Positions 47,901-61,729 of a stretch of DNA of 64,000 nucleotides are shown here, piece after piece. The stretch is from contig NC_090404.1 of NCBI RefSeq assembly GCF_036365525.1, forward strand, positions 6,572,001 to 6,636,000, written 5' to 3'. A program made the position numbers and the translations under genes. The stretch is from Heterodontus francisci. Taxonomy: Eukaryota. Positions within the stretch are counted from its first letter, which is position 1, and each line of letters starts with the position of its first letter. Under the pieces are notes generated by a model. The model searched no databases. It saw only the letters and a list, made by a program, of their open reading frames with translations, and had not been told where the DNA came from.

Positions 47901-48408
47901 GCATTTTTCACTTGTGCCTTAACAGGTCTATATTTGCTCTGCCTTCCAGACTGACTCAGTTTCTCTTCTATATTTGATTGTTCATCACCCCCTACTGTAC
48001 CTCCACTCTGTATCCCACCCCCTGCCAAATTAGTTTAAACCCCCCACCAACAGCACTGGCAAACCTCCCAGCCAGGATGTTGGTCCAGTTCCGTTTTAGG
48101 TGCAACCCGTCCAACTTGTACACGTCCCACCTTTGCCAGAAACAGACTCAATGATCCAGGAAACTAAAACCTTCCCTCCTGTACCACCTCCTCAGCCACG
48201 CATTCATCTGCTCTGTCCTCCTATTGCTATATTCACTAGCACGTGGCACTGGGAGTAATCCAGAGATTACAACCTTTGAGGTCCTGCTTTTTAATCTGCT
48301 ACCTAGCTCCCTAAATTCTTGTTGCAGGACCTCATCCCTCTTTCTACCTATGTCGTTTGTACCAATGTATACCACGACCTCTGACTGTTCACCCTCTCCC
48401 TTCAGAAT
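44915..48408 (-). mobile_element. CR1 LINE (HER1-like tail) with ORF1 end and disrupted ORF2, inserted in a minisatellite
   Basis: ORFs 48148-48375 (GTNDIG), 47411-48028 (endonuclease), 45862-46215 and 45163-45726 (RT); flanks 44740-44914 and 48410-48505 are the same AAAGCTCCCTCTACACTGTC...ATCAAAC-type repeat. Confidence 0.92.
46189..46289 (-). mobile_element. 101-bp Penelope-derived insert carrying a hammerhead core, inside CR1 RT
   Basis: - strand CTGATGAAGGGTCACTGACCCGAAACGTTAACT...; 14-bp duplication CTCCTCCTGACTAT at 46175-46188 and 46290-46303. Confidence 0.85.
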
Positions 48409-50260
48409 GGAGAATATACAGTAAAGCTTCTTCTACATTGCCGAATCAAACACTCACAAGGGAGTTACATTACTGATTACAAACGGACCAAAGCTCCTTC
48501 TACAGTCTGTCTGTCGTGTCTCTGAACTGTTATTTCTGATTGTCACAGACTGGGATACTGATCTCATTGCTGAGGCGCCTCATCAAACTTAAAGTCAAAA
48601 TTTCAGGTTTCTCACATGTACAAGTTTCTTAAATAAATGGATCAAATTGCACTCCTTGAAATGCAGGAGAATGAATCAGAATGCTTACAAACTGGTGGGA
48701 GAACTCCTCTCCCTGACACAGTGAGCAGGTGCACAGAAACAGAACAGACACAAACGGTACAATAATCGGGCTCTCAGCAGATAGATCTGTTCCATCTGTC
48801 AATTTTAATGAAGCTGTTTGATTCTAATTTATCAATTGTCAAATTGTGAGCACTCCAAGTATGTAAGCTCTTTGAAATTAAACTGATATTCATTTCAAAA
48901 ACTCCCTCCGACCTCCAAGTGTTTCTCCCTATCTGTATGCAATCTTAAATACATGTAAGGTATAGTTTCCCTTACAATGAGCACATCAAAACAATTCACG
49001 TTCATGAAAAATTGGTGTCCGTAATAGGAACTCAGTGACAGAGGAAGAATTTAGAAAATCAGGAGACATTTACCTTACAAACCGATTACCCACTGGTCTG
49101 ATACAATTTCATAATTCAATTTTACCAAAAGAAATAATTGAAGCAATCAACAAAGTTAATTCATTAAAATCAGCGGTGCCATCTTATCGAGCTGAGAACT
49201 GCTGAGTAAGAAATGTATTGTCCTCTAAATTACTTTTAGGCATAATTCAAATTCTCTCCGACCCTTGATTTTGGACTCATTGGAATCCTGGCAAGTATAC
49301 AACTCAAGTGTGGGAGGTCATTTATGTTTAATGAATTAGCACTATTATATTCTAGGTTAACATTCATGTTAGCTGATTTTATATCGTATTTAAATTATTA
49401 TGACTCGTAATCAATATTGAATAATACACGTCATATTAATAGATGAAAACATTCAGACAAATATATTACTTTAACTTAAATCGAATCACAGTTCAATAAT
49501 TTAAAATTAACAATAATTTCTACTCCCGCCCTGCTTTCTATCTACAAACTTGTAAACTGTGCATGTATCTGAATGTGTTGATATATCATAAACTCCGTCA
49601 ATTCTCAGTGAGTATTTCACACGATGGATTTAGGAGTGGAATATTTTAAATAGTTCTAAGCCTGGCGAGGGTCACATCTCACTAACAGTCTATGGGCCGT
49701 AACATCGCCTGTTTGTGAAAGCAGGACTCTCGTGTTTAAATATTGCCATAAATCTTAACCATATAAGAAAAAAATCAAAAACATCCGGGAAGTTTGCGAT
49801 CAGTAACGGTGCTGCCAGTATTTAATCAGACAATATTTTTCTATTTTACTCCCGTAATTCACACAATCCCTGTAAATTAATTGTTAAATATTGTGTGTTT
49901 TTTATTGGAAGAAGCTCCAAAATGATCACTGTTAAACTGGACGAGAATAATTCTTTCAGATCATCTGCGACACTGAAACTTAATGAGCAAATGTAGCCGA
50001 GATTTTGTTGTTCAGTTTAATATTTAATAAGAATTAAGCATAACTCTCAGGTATAATCTGTTCTTTGTATATAATTCTATCCTATGTGCAGCACAGCTAT
50101 GGGAGATCGGATGTTGTTATTGAATACAAAAGTAACATTAACCTTTTGTAATTAATTGATTTCAAGGTGTTATTTGACTGTCTCTAGCCTTACGCAGTCT
50201 GCACGTTTCTTCAATTTAAATAAAATCATATGAACAATTCTTTGACTGCCAGCGACTTCT

Positions 50261-53200
50261 TAGAGTCATAGAGTCGTACAGCACAGAAACAGGCCCTTCG
50301 GCCCACCGCGTCCATGCCGACCATAATGCCTATCTATACTAATCCCACCTGCCTGCATTAATTCCATATCCCTCTGTGCCTTGCTCATTCAAGTACCTGT
50401 CCAGATGCCTCTTAAATGTTGCTACTGTTCCTGGCTCCACTACCTCCTTTGGCAGCTCATTCCAGATACCCTCTATTCTTTGTGTGAAAAATTTACCCCT
50501 TTGATTCCCTTTAAACCTCCTCCCTCTCACCTTAAATCTCTGCCCTCTAGTTTTAGTCACCCCTACCATGGGAAACAGACTCTGGCTATCTACCCTATCT
50601 ATGCCTCTCATAATTTTATATACCTCTATCATGTCCCGTCTCAGCCTCCTTCACTCCAGGGAAAACAGACCCAGCCTATCCAATCTCTCTTTATAACTCA
50701 AGCCCTCCAAACCAGGCAACATCCTTGTGAATCTTTTCTGCTCCCTCCCTAGCTTAATCACATCCTTCCTGTAGTGTGGCGACTAGAACTGCACACAGTA
50801 CTCCAAATGCGGCCTTACCAACGTTATGTACAATTGTAACATGACGTCCTAACTGTTGTACTCGCAATGCCTCGGCCGATGAAGGCAAGCATGCCATACC
50901 CCTTCTTCACAACCTGTCTACCTGTGTTGCCACTTTCAGGGAACTATGTACTTGCACCCCAAGGTCTCTCTGCTCAAGAACACTCCCCAGGGCCCTGTCA
51001 TTCACTGTATATGTCCTGCCCTGGTTTAACCTCCTAAAATTCATCACTTCACATTTGTCTGCATTAAATTCCATTTGCCACTTCCTTGCCCACTTTCCCA
51101 GTTGATCTATATCCTGTTGTAACCTTAGGCAACCTTTTTCACTGTCCACTATACCACCAATTTTGGTGTCATCTGAAAACTTATTAATCATGCCCCCTAC
51201 ATTCACATCCAAGTCATTAATATATATGACAAACAACAGAGGACCCAGCACTGATCCCTGCGGCACACCACTGGTCACCGGCCTCCAATCTGAAAAACAA
51301 CCCTCCACTACCACTCTCTGCCTCCTATCACGAAGCCAATTTTGTATCCAATTTGCTAGCTCACCCAGGATCCCATGTGTTCGAACCTTCTGCACCAGCC
51401 TACCATGCGGGACCTTGTCAAAGGCCTTGCTAAAGTCCATGTATTCAACGTCCATCGCCCTGCCCTCGTCAATCCTCTTGGTCACCTCCTCGAAAAACTC
51501 AATCAAATCCGTGAGACATGATTTCCCACACACAAAGTCATGCTGACTATCCCTAATCAGACCACGCCTTTCCAGGTGCTTATAAATCTTGTCTCGCAGA
51601 ATCCCTTCCAATAACTTTCCCACCACTGATGTAAGGCTCACCGGCCTGTAGTTCCCTGGCTTATGCCTGCTGCCCTTCTTAAATAAAGGCACAACATTAG
51701 CTATCCTCCAGTCTTCCATTACCTCACCCGTGGCTAACGATGATACAAAAATCTCAGCTAGGGCCCCAGCAATCCCCTCCCTTGCTTCCCATAGCATCCT
51801 TGGATATACCTAGTCAGGCCCTGGGGATTTATCCATCTTAATGCGCTTCAAAACCTCCAACACCTCCTCCTTTTTAATGTTGATCTGCTCCAGGATATCG
51901 CTGTTCCCTCCCTTGAACTCATAAGCTTCCATGACCTTCTCCACGGTAAATACGGACGAGAAATATTCATTTAAGACCTCGCCCATTTCCCGTGGCTCCA
52001 CACATCGATTGCCACACTGATCCCTAAGGGGACCTACTCTCTCCCTAGCTACCCTTTTACTCTTAATATACTTATAGAATCTTTTAGGATTCTCCTTTAT
52101 CTTATCTGCCAGAGAAATCTCATGGCCCCTTTTCGCCCTAATTTCCTTCTTAAGTGTAGTCCTACATCCCCTATACTCCTCGAGGGACTCGCTTGATCCC
52201 AGCTGCCTATACCTGACGTATGCCCCCTTCTTTGTGCTGACCAGACCCTCAATATCCCTCGTCAGCCAAGGTTCCCTAAACTTGCCAGCCTTGCCCTTCC
52301 ATCTAACAGGAACATGCCGGCCCTGAACTCTTCCTATCGCACTTTTAAAAGCCTCCCACTTGCCAGACGTCCCTTTACCTGTAAATAGCCTCCCCCATTC
52401 AAATTTTGAGAGTTCTTGTCTGATGCCATCAAATTAGCCTTCCCCCAATTTAGGCCTTCAACCTGAGGACCAGTCCTATCCTTTTCCATAACTATCTTGA
52501 AGCGAATAGATTTATGGTCACTGGTCCCAAAGTGCTCCCCTACTGACACATCAACCACCTGCCCATCCTCATTTCCTAAGAAGAGGTCGAGTGTAGCCCC
52601 TTTTCTAGTAGGGCCATCCACATGCTGCTTCAGAAAACTATCCTGGACGCACTTAACAAATTCTTCCCCATCTGATCCCTTAGCACTAAAGCAGTCCCAG
52701 TCAATATTAGGGAAGTTAAAACCACCTACTATTACAACCTTATAATTCCTACACCTATCCGTGATTTCCCTACATATATGCTCCTCCACTTTCCTCTGAC
52801 TATTGGGGGGGGGTGCTATAGTATAATCCCATCAAAGTGATCACCCCTTTCTTATTTCTAAGTTCTACCCATATGGCCTCGCTAGACATTCCCCCCGAGA
52901 TATCCTCTCTAAGTACTGCCATGATGTTCTCCCTAATCAATAGTGCAACTCCCCCTCCTCTCTTACCTCCCGTCGGAAAGGTCAATACCCCAGAACATTG
53001 AGCTGCCAGTCCTGCCCATCCCTCAACCACGTTTCCATAATAGCTATAATATCACAATCCCATGTACCGATCCATGCTTTGAGTGCATCTGCCTTACTTG
53101 TAAGGCTTCTTGCATTAAAGTAAATGCAGTTTAGCCTACCAGACCTTCCACGCTCCCTGTCCTGCCCCTGCCCGGCCTGCCTACTGGACTTGCTTGCTTT

Positions 53201-54031
53201 AACCTCTACGTTTGCCTCAACTATCTCATCTGAGAGACTACCACTTTGGGTTCCACCCCCCTGCAAGACTAGTTTAAACCCTCCCGAGCAGTGCTAGCAA
53301 ACCTCGCCGCAAGGATATTGGTCCCCCTCCAGTTTAGATGCAACCCGTCCTTCTTGTACAGGTCACCTCTGCACCAGAAGAAATCCCAATGATCCAAATA
53401 GCTAAAGCCCTCCTGCCTACACCAACTCTTCAGCCACGCATTCATTTGCCTAATCCCCCTATTCCTGCCCTCACTAGCACGTAGCACAGGGAATAATCCT
53501 GAGATTGCAACCCTTGAGGTTCTGCTTTTTAACCTTCTGCCTAACTCCCTATATTCACTTTGCAGGACCTAATCTCTCTTCCTCCTTATGTCGTTAGTAC
53601 CAATATGGACCACGGCCTCTGGCTGCTCACCCTCCCCTTTCAGAATATTCTGCAGCCGCTCCGAGACATCCTTGACCCTAGCACCTGGGAGGCAACATAC
53701 CATTCTGGAGTCTCGTTTGTGGCCACAGAAACGCCTATCTGCACCCCTTACGATAGAATCCCCTATCACTATGGCTCTTCCAACCCTTTTCCTCCCTTGC
53801 TGTGCAGCAGAGCCCTCCGTGGTGCCACGAACTTGACTGTTGCTGCTTTCCCCTGGGAGATCATTCCCCCCAAAAGTATGCAAAGCGGTATATCTGTTTG
53901 AGAGGGGGATGGCCACAGGGGACTCCTGCACTACCTGCCTGCGCCTGCTACTGGTGGCCACCCATCTCTTTTCTGCCTGTGCGGCCATTACCAGCGGTGT
54001 GACCACCTCACTAAACGTGCTATCCACGACT
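50261..54031 (-). mobile_element. CR1 LINE with much of ORF1 (esterase) and fragmented ORF2
   Basis: IGDSIVRG...CCLPGARV...HIGTND (53569-54027), DGLHLN, endonuclease and RT (50907-51797), 3' tail. Confidence 0.94.
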
Positions 54032-54034
54032 TAT

Positions 54035-54305
54035 TAAATTAATTAATTAAAATCTGGAATTGAAAACCACTCAGTCGTCGTGCCATCAAAAAACATCTGG
54101 TTTACTACTGGCCTTCGGGAAGGAAATCTGCTTTCCTGATCTTGTCTGTAAGGCATGTTTCTCAAGACCCACAGCAATGTGACTGACTCTTAACTGACCT
54201 CTGATATGGCCTAACAAGCTACTCAGTTCAACGGCAAATAAGGATGGGTAACAGATATTGGCCTGCCAGTGATGCTCGCATCTCATGCAAAAGAAAACAA
54301 AAAGA
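54035..54305 (+). mobile_element. SINE (Deu/SacSINE-like)
   Basis: Homologous to 9900-10182. Confidence 0.7.
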
Positions 54306-54315
54306 AACACCTGTT

Positions 54316-54640
54316 TTAACCATCATACATGTGCTCATTGGCCTTGTATGTTGTAATATCAAGGGTGGGGGGAAATGTCCAGTTTAATATCCACAGAGAC
54401 AGTGGCTGGTTCAATTTAACTGTGTCAAGGCATCTTGTAATATAAATAGAGGCATTGTGTATTTCCATTTCAAGTGATACAGGGTCCAGTGTACTATAAA
54501 AAGAGACAGGGCCCCGTTTAATATACATGGCCGAATGCCCTAACCAGTTCCGAAGAAGGGGCACTGACCCGAAACGTTAACTCTGCTTTTCTTTCCACAG
54601 ATGCTGCCAGACCTGCTGAGTGAATCCAGCATTTCTTGCC
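54316..54640 (+). mobile_element. Penelope-type terminal repeat / retrozyme-like element with TATA-like motif and hammerhead variant (54546-54582)
   Basis: TACTATAAAAG near 54493; AGTT-CCGAAGA-AGGGGCACTGACCC-GAAACGTT-AACT followed by the same tail as 46189-46250. Confidence 0.65.
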
Positions 54641-55059
54641 CCAGAAAGTCAACTGGGTCGAGATGATATCATCAACCCATAATCCCTCCCCGACTCCTTT
54701 TTTCTGCTGATGTGGACATTAAAGCTCCCATGGCCCCATATTGTGGCCTGGGTAACATTCCCCCCCTTCAATCTAGATCTACAAAATTACATGAACAGGA
54801 ATTGAGCCACTTTTCTCTATTACTGATGTCTCTGTGCACAAATGGGCCACGTTCATCTGGAATTAGTTGCACTTTAAATCCGTTGGGACCTCCAGCAGAA
54901 AGTGATGAGCTGGTACATCAGCACAAATTATTTCTTGATGCATTAATATCAGAAAGAGTAACTGACATCAACATTTTCACAGTAGCTGCAATGGCAGTGT
55001 TTCTACAACAGATGGCAGTAAAACATGGTTTGTGTACATTAAACGAAACAGACATTATC

Positions 55060-55575
55060 TCAGTTCTTTCTACACCAGACCATGTCACTGTTTATTTTAC
55101 CTTAAGCACTGTCTCAGTTATTATTGCACTCGACCATGTCACAGTTTATATTGCTCCAGGCACCGTCTCATTTATAACTGCACGAGATCATGTCTCTGTT
55201 AATATCACAATATGCACTGTTTCAGTTAATATCACACTATGCACCGTTTCAGTTGTTACTGCACTAGATCATGTCTCTGTTTATATTACAATAGACCCTG
55301 TCTCAGTTATTATTGCACTAGACCTTGTCTCTGCTTATATTACACTGGGCCCTGCCTAAGGTATGACTGCACTAGACCACGTCTCTGCTTATATTACACT
55401 CGGAATTGTCTCAGTTATTACAGCACTGTACCCTGTATCTGTTTATATTACATTAGGCTCAGATATTGCTGCCTTAGACCCTATCTCTGCTTATATTACG
55501 CTAGGCACTCTCTCATTTATGACTGCACTGGACGCTGTCTCTCTTTATATTACGATAGGCCGTGGCTTAGTTATT
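55060..55575. repeat. Minisatellite (same family as 14900-15460)
   Basis: Repeated TGCACTAGACCATGTCTCTG.TTATATTACACT..GC.CTGTCTCAGTTATTA; causes the spurious repetitive ORF 54712-55359. Confidence 0.88.
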
Positions 55576-55589
55576 ACATTTTTCCATTT

Positions 55590-56935
55590 ATATGATGTGA
55601 GCATGCTGGCAATGTCAATGTTTATGGCTTATCTCTAATTGCCCGTGAGAAGGCCGTGGTGAGCCACCTTCTTGAACCACTGCATTCCATGTGATGTCGG
55701 TGCACCCACAGTCGAGGGAGTCGAGGATTATGACCCAGCAACATTGAAGGAACGGCGATATAGTTACAAGTCAGGATGATGTGTGACTTGGAGTGGAAAT
55801 TGCAGGTGGTGGTGTGCCCAGGCTTTTACTGTCTTTGTCCTTCTGCGTGGTGGTGATACAGAATTGGAAGGGTGCTATCGAAAGTGACTTGACGCGATGC
55901 TGCAGTTCGTCTTACAGATGGCATAAACAGCTGAAACTACAGTGAAGGCAATGAAAGTTTAAGATGAGGTGACAGTCGGGAGGGTTGGTTTGACTTGGAT
56001 GGTGTTGAGCTTCTTGAGTGTTGTTGGAGTTGCACTCATCCAGGCAAGTGGAAATTAGTCGATCACACTCCCGACTTATGCCTTATAAATGGTGGTCAGG
56101 CTTTGTGCAGTCAAGAACTGAATTACTCGCCACAAAATCCCTAGCCTCTGACCTGCTGTTGTAGCCAGAGCTGGCCCAGTTCAGGTTCTTGTCAATGATA
56201 ACCTTCAGAATGTTGGTGGGGGGATTTACCGATGGTGATGTGGTTGAATTGTCAAGACAGATGGTTAAATTCTCTCTTGTTAGAGATGGACATTGGCTGG
56301 CACTTGTGCGACACGAATGTGACTTGCCACTAATCAATCCAAGCCTCAATGCGGTCCAGATCTTCATGGACTGCTTCAGTATCTGAGGAGTCGGAAATAG
56401 AACTGAACACTGTGGAATTATTTGTGAACATCACCACTTCTGACCTTGTGATGGAGGGAATGTCATTGAGAAAGCAGCTGAAAATGGTTGGGCCGAGGAC
56501 ACAACCCTGAGGAACTCCTGCAGCGATGTCCTGGGGCTGAAATGTTAGGCTTTCAACAATCACAACAATCTTCCTTTGTATTGGGTATGACTCCAATCAG
56601 TGGAGACGTTTATGCTTGCTTCCCATTGACATCAATTTTTCTCGGGCTGCTTGATGCCACACAAGATCAAATTCTTCCGTGATGTTATGTGCGGCTATTC
56701 AAAGATCACTTTGAAATTCAGCTCTTTCGTCCATGTTTGGACCAAGCCTGTAATGGGACTTGAAGCCGAGTGCCCCTGGTGGAACCCAAACTGAGCATCG
56801 GTGAGCAGGCTATTGTTCAGTAAGAGCTACTTGATAGCACTGTCAATGATGCCTTCCGATTGCTTGCTGATGATTGAGTGTAGACTAATTGGACGTCGAT
56901 GGGACAGATTGGATTTGTTTTGCCTTCCACACTGT
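55590..56935 (-). mobile_element. Degenerate LINE (family of 19625-21505); more of the same family at about 60370-61290
   Basis: GVPQGCVLGPTIFSCFLND remnant; similarity to 29455-30840. Confidence 0.82.
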
Positions 56936-59900
56936 GAACAAAGAACAAAGAACAAAGAACAATACAGCACAGGAACAGGCTATTCGGCCCTCCAAGACTG
57001 CGCCGATCTTGATGCCTGCCTAAACTAACACCTTCTGCACTTCCGGGGCCAATATCCCTCTATTCCCTTCCTATTCATGTATTTGTCAAGATGTCTCTTA
57101 AACGTCGCTATCGTATCTGCTTCCACCACCTCCCCTGGCAGCAAGTTCCAGGCACTCACTACCCTCTGTGTAAAAAACTTGCCTCGCACATCCCCTCTAA
57201 ACTTTGCCCCTTGCACCTTAAACCTATGTGCCCTAGTAACAGACACTTCCACCCTGGGAAAAAGCTTCTGACCATCCACTCTGTCCATGCCGCTCATAAC
57301 TTTGTAAACATCTATCATGTCGCCCCTACACCTCCGTCGTTCCAGTGAAAACAATCCGAGTTTTTCCAACCTCTCCTCATAGCTAATGCCCTCCAGACCA
57401 GATTTACATCCTGGTAAACCTCCACTGTACCCTCTCCAAAGCCTCCACGTCCTTCTGGTAGTGTGGCGACCAGAATTGCACGCAATATTCTAAGTGTGGC
57501 CTAACTAAGGTTCTGTACAGCTGCAACATGACTTGCCAATTTTTATACTCTATGCCTCGACCGATGAAGGCAAGCATGCTGTATGCCTTCTTGACTACCT
57601 TATCCACCTGCGTTGCCACTTTCAGTGACCTGTGGATCTGTACGCCCAGATCTCTCTGCCTGTCAATACTCCTCAGGGTTCTGCCATTTACTGTATACTT
57701 CCCACCTGCATTAGACCTTCCAAAATGCATTACCTCACATTTGTCCGGATTAAACTCCATCTGCCATTTCTCCGTCCAAGTCGCCAACTGATCTATATCC
57801 TGCTGTATCCTCTGACAATCCTCATCATTATCCGCAACTCCACCAACCTTTATGTCATCTGCAAACTTAATAATCAGACCAGCTACATTTTCCTCCAAAT
57901 CATTTATATATACGACAAACAGCAAAGGTCCCAGCACTGATCCCTGCGGAACACCACTAGTCATATCCCTCCATTCAGAAAAACACCCATCCACTGATAC
58001 CCTCTGTCTTCTATGACCGAGCCAGTTCTGTATCCATCTTGCCAGCTCACCTCTGATCCCTTGTGACTTCACCTTTTGTACCAGTCTGCCATGCGGGACC
58101 TTGTCAAAGGCTTTACTGAAGTCCATATAGATAACATCCACTGCCCTTCCTTCATCAATCATCTTTGTCACTTCCTCAAAAAACTCAATCAAATTATTAA
58201 GACACGACCTCCCGTTCACAAAACCATGCTGTCTCTCGCTAATAAGTTCGTTTGCTTCCAAATGGGAGTAAATCCTGTCCCGAATAATCCTCTCTAATAG
58301 TTTCCCTACCACTGACATAAGGCTCACCGGCCTATAGTTTCCTGGATTATCCTTACCACCCTTCTTAAACAAAGGAACAACATTGGCTATTTTCCAGTCC
58401 TCTGGGACCTCACCTGTCGCCAATGAGGATGCAAAGATTTCTGTCAAGGCCCCAGCAATTTACTCCCTTGCCTCGCTCTGTATTCTCAGGTCGATCCCAT
58501 CAGGCCCTGGGGACTTATCTACCTTGATGCTTTGCAAGACACCCAACACCTCCTCCTTTTTGATACTGAGATGACTGAGACTATCTGCACTCCCTTCCCT
58601 AGGCTCATCATCCACCAAGTCCTTCTGTTTGGTGAATACTGATGCAAAGTACTCATTCAGCACCTCGCCCATTTCCTCTGGCTCCACGCATAGATTCCCA
58701 TCTCTGTCCTTGAGTGGGCCAACCCTTTCCCTGGTTACCCTCTTGCTCTTTATATACGTATTAAAAGCCTTGGGATTTTCCTTAATCCTGTTTGCCAATG
58801 ACCTTTCATGACCACTTTTAGCCCTCCTGACTCCTTGCTTAGGTTCCTTCCTACTGTCTTTACATTCCTCAAGTGCTTCGTCTGTTCCTAGCCTTCCAGC
58901 CCTTACAAATGCTTCCTTTTTCTTTTTGACTAGGCTCACAATATCCCGCGTTATCCAAGCTTCCCGAAACTTGCCAAACTTGTCTTTCCTCCTCACAGGA
59001 ACATGCTGGTCCTGGATTCTAATCAGCTGACGTTTCAAAGACTCCCATATGTCAGATGTTGATTTACCCTCAAACAGTCGCCCCCAATCTAAATTCTCCA
59101 GTTCCTGCCTAATATTTATTTATTTTGTTTTATTTATTTTATTTATTTATTAGAGATACAGCACTGAAACAGGCCCTTCGGCCCACCGTGTCTGTGCCGA
59201 CCAACATCCACCCATTTATACTAATCTTACACTAATTCCATATTCCTACCACATCCCCACCTGTCCCTATATTTTCCTACCACCTACCTATACTAGGGGA
59301 AATTTATAATGGCCAATTTACCTATCAACCTGCAAGTCTTTGGCATGTGGGAGGAAACCGGAGCACCCGGAGGAAACGCACGCAGGCACAGGGAGAACTT
59401 GCAAACTCCACACAGGCAGTACCCAGAATTGAACCCGGGTCGCTGGAGCTGCGAGGCTGTGGCGCTAAACACTGCGCCACTGTGTCGCCCTAATTGTTAT
59501 AATTAGACTTCCCCCAATTTAGCACCTTCACCCGAGGACTACTCTTATCCTTATCCACAAGTACCTTAAAACTTATGGAATTATGGTCACTGCTCCCGAA
59601 ATGCTCCCCCACTGAAACTTCGACCACCTGGCCGGGCTCATTCCCCAATACCAGGTCCAGTACCGCCCCATCCCCAGTTGGACTATCTCTCATACTGTTT
59701 CAGGAAGCCCTCCTGGATGCTCCTCACAAATTCTGCCTCCTCCAAGCCCCTTGCACTAAGTGAGTCCCTGTCAATATAGGGGAAGTTAAAATCACCCACC
59801 ACCACAACCCTGTTACCTTTACATCTTTCCAAAATCTGTCTACATATCTGCTCCTCTACCTGGTGGGAGGCCTGTAGTAAACCCCCAACATTGTGACTGC

Positions 59901-60352
59901 ACCCTTCCTATTACTGAGCTCCACCCATATTGCCTCGCTGCATGACCCCTCTGAGGTGTCCTCCCGCAGTACAGCTGTGATATTCTCCTTAACCAGTAAT
60001 GCAACTCCCCCACCCCTTTTACATCCCCCTCTATCCCGCCTGAAGCTTCAAAGCCTGGAACATTTAGCTGCCAATCCTGCCCTTCCCTCAACCAACTCTC
60101 TGTAATAGCAACAACATCATATTTCCAAATACTAATCCAAGCTCTAAGGTCATCTGCCTTACCTGTTATACTTCTCGCTTTGAAACAAATGCTCTTCAGA
60201 CCTCCAGTCCCGCTGTGCTCAGCAACATCTCCCTGCCTGCTCTTCCTCTTATTCTTAGTGGCCTTATTTACTATGTCCTCCTCATTTATTTCACCAGCTG
60301 TCCTACTGCTCTGGTTCCCACCCTCCTGCCACACTAGTTTCAACCCTCCCGC
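56936..60352 (-). mobile_element. Young CR1 LINE (endonuclease + RT), with a nested SINE
   Basis: ORFs 57404-58447, 58460-59038, 59840-60379; (GTTCTTT)n tail; very similar to 21780-24083. Confidence 0.95.
59114..59490 (-). mobile_element. tRNA-derived SINE (HE1/V-SINE type)
   Basis: Same element as 31455-31785, with A/B boxes and (TAAA)n tail; interrupts CR1 ORF2. Confidence 0.88.
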
Positions 60353-61289
60353 TGAACATTCACGAGGTTGTTTTCTCATTTTTAGGTTGCTGCTTCTGAC
60401 TGTCTCTTCTACATTCTTTATTGAAGCAGGGTTGGTCGCCTGCTTTGATGGGAATGGTAAAGTGAGGGATATGCCGGGCCATCAGGTTTCAGATTGTGGT
60501 TGAATACAGTTTTGCAGCTATGTATGATCCACAGCACCTCATGGATGCTCAGTTTTGAACTGCTAGATCTATTGTGAATCTATCCAATTTAATATGGTGG
60601 CCGTGCCACCCAACACAATGAAGGGTGCTCTCAGTGTAAAGATGGGGCTTTGTCTGCACAAGAATTGTCCGGTGTTCACAGGCAGATGCATCTGCGCCAG
60701 GTAGCTTGATAAGGACCAGCTCAAATAGAATTTTTCCTGGTGTTGGCTCTCTTACCACCTGCCGTGGGCCCAATCTGGCAGCTATATCCATCAGGATTCT
60801 GCAAACTCGATCATTAAGTAATTTCTGAGCCACTCTTAGTGATGGATGTTGAAGGCCCCACCCAGAGTACATTCTATGCCCTTGATACCGTCAGTGATTT
60901 TTCCAAGAGGTGTTAAACATGGAGGAATACTGATTCATCAGCTGAGGGAGCGCAGTAGTTGGTAATCTGCAGAAATTTTCACTGCCTATGTCTGATCTGT
61001 TGCTGTTCGACTTCATGACCTCCGGAGTTAATGGTGCCACTCCATCCAGATCACTATGCCAGCACCTCTGGTGGGTCGATCAGGAATCCGGGTTATTGGA
61101 TGCATGGTAAGATTGGGTGAGTATGACTCTGTCAGGCTGTTTCTTGACCAGTCTGTAGGACAGCTGTCCCAATTGTAACAGAAGTCCTCAGATGTTATTG
61201 AAGAGCAACTTGCAGGGTTAACTGGATTGTATGTGCCTTTGTATGAGCCTAGGCTGGTGCAAATGTCCTGTCCAATTATATACACATTA

Positions 61290-61570
61290 TCTATTTTCGT
61301 GGCGGTTTGCTACAACTGAGCGGCATGCTGGGCTATTTCAGAGGGCAATTAAAAGTCAACCACATTGCTCTTTATCTGGATCACATACAAGCCAGACTGG
61401 TTAAGGACGGCAGATTGCTTTCCCCAAACAACGTTAATGAATCAGATTTTGTATAATATTCTAATAGATACATGTGCACCATTATCGATTCTAGGTTTTT
61501 ATTTCAGATGTATCTACTGAACTGAATTTAAATTCCCCAGATACCATGGTGAGAATTGAACTGATGTAAA
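61290..61570 (-). mobile_element. Degenerate SINE (Deu/SacSINE-like)
   Basis: Reverse-complement similarity to 9960-10110. Confidence 0.6.
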
Positions 61571-61729
61571 ATTCCATTAAATTGATATGTTTACATTACA
61601 CTCGAGCATGTCTCTGTTTATATTGCAGTGGACCCTGTTTCTGCAATTACTGCACGAGACCATTTCTCTGTTTCTGTTACACTAGGCCCTCTCTCAGTTA
61701 TTAATGCTGTAGACCATGTCTCCAATACA

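Noticed and set aside
54712-55638. ORFs of 215, 118 and 91 aa with repetitive hydrophobic or Cys-rich sequence
   Set aside because: Translations of the minisatellite; the same applies to 14968-15534 and 28857-29465.
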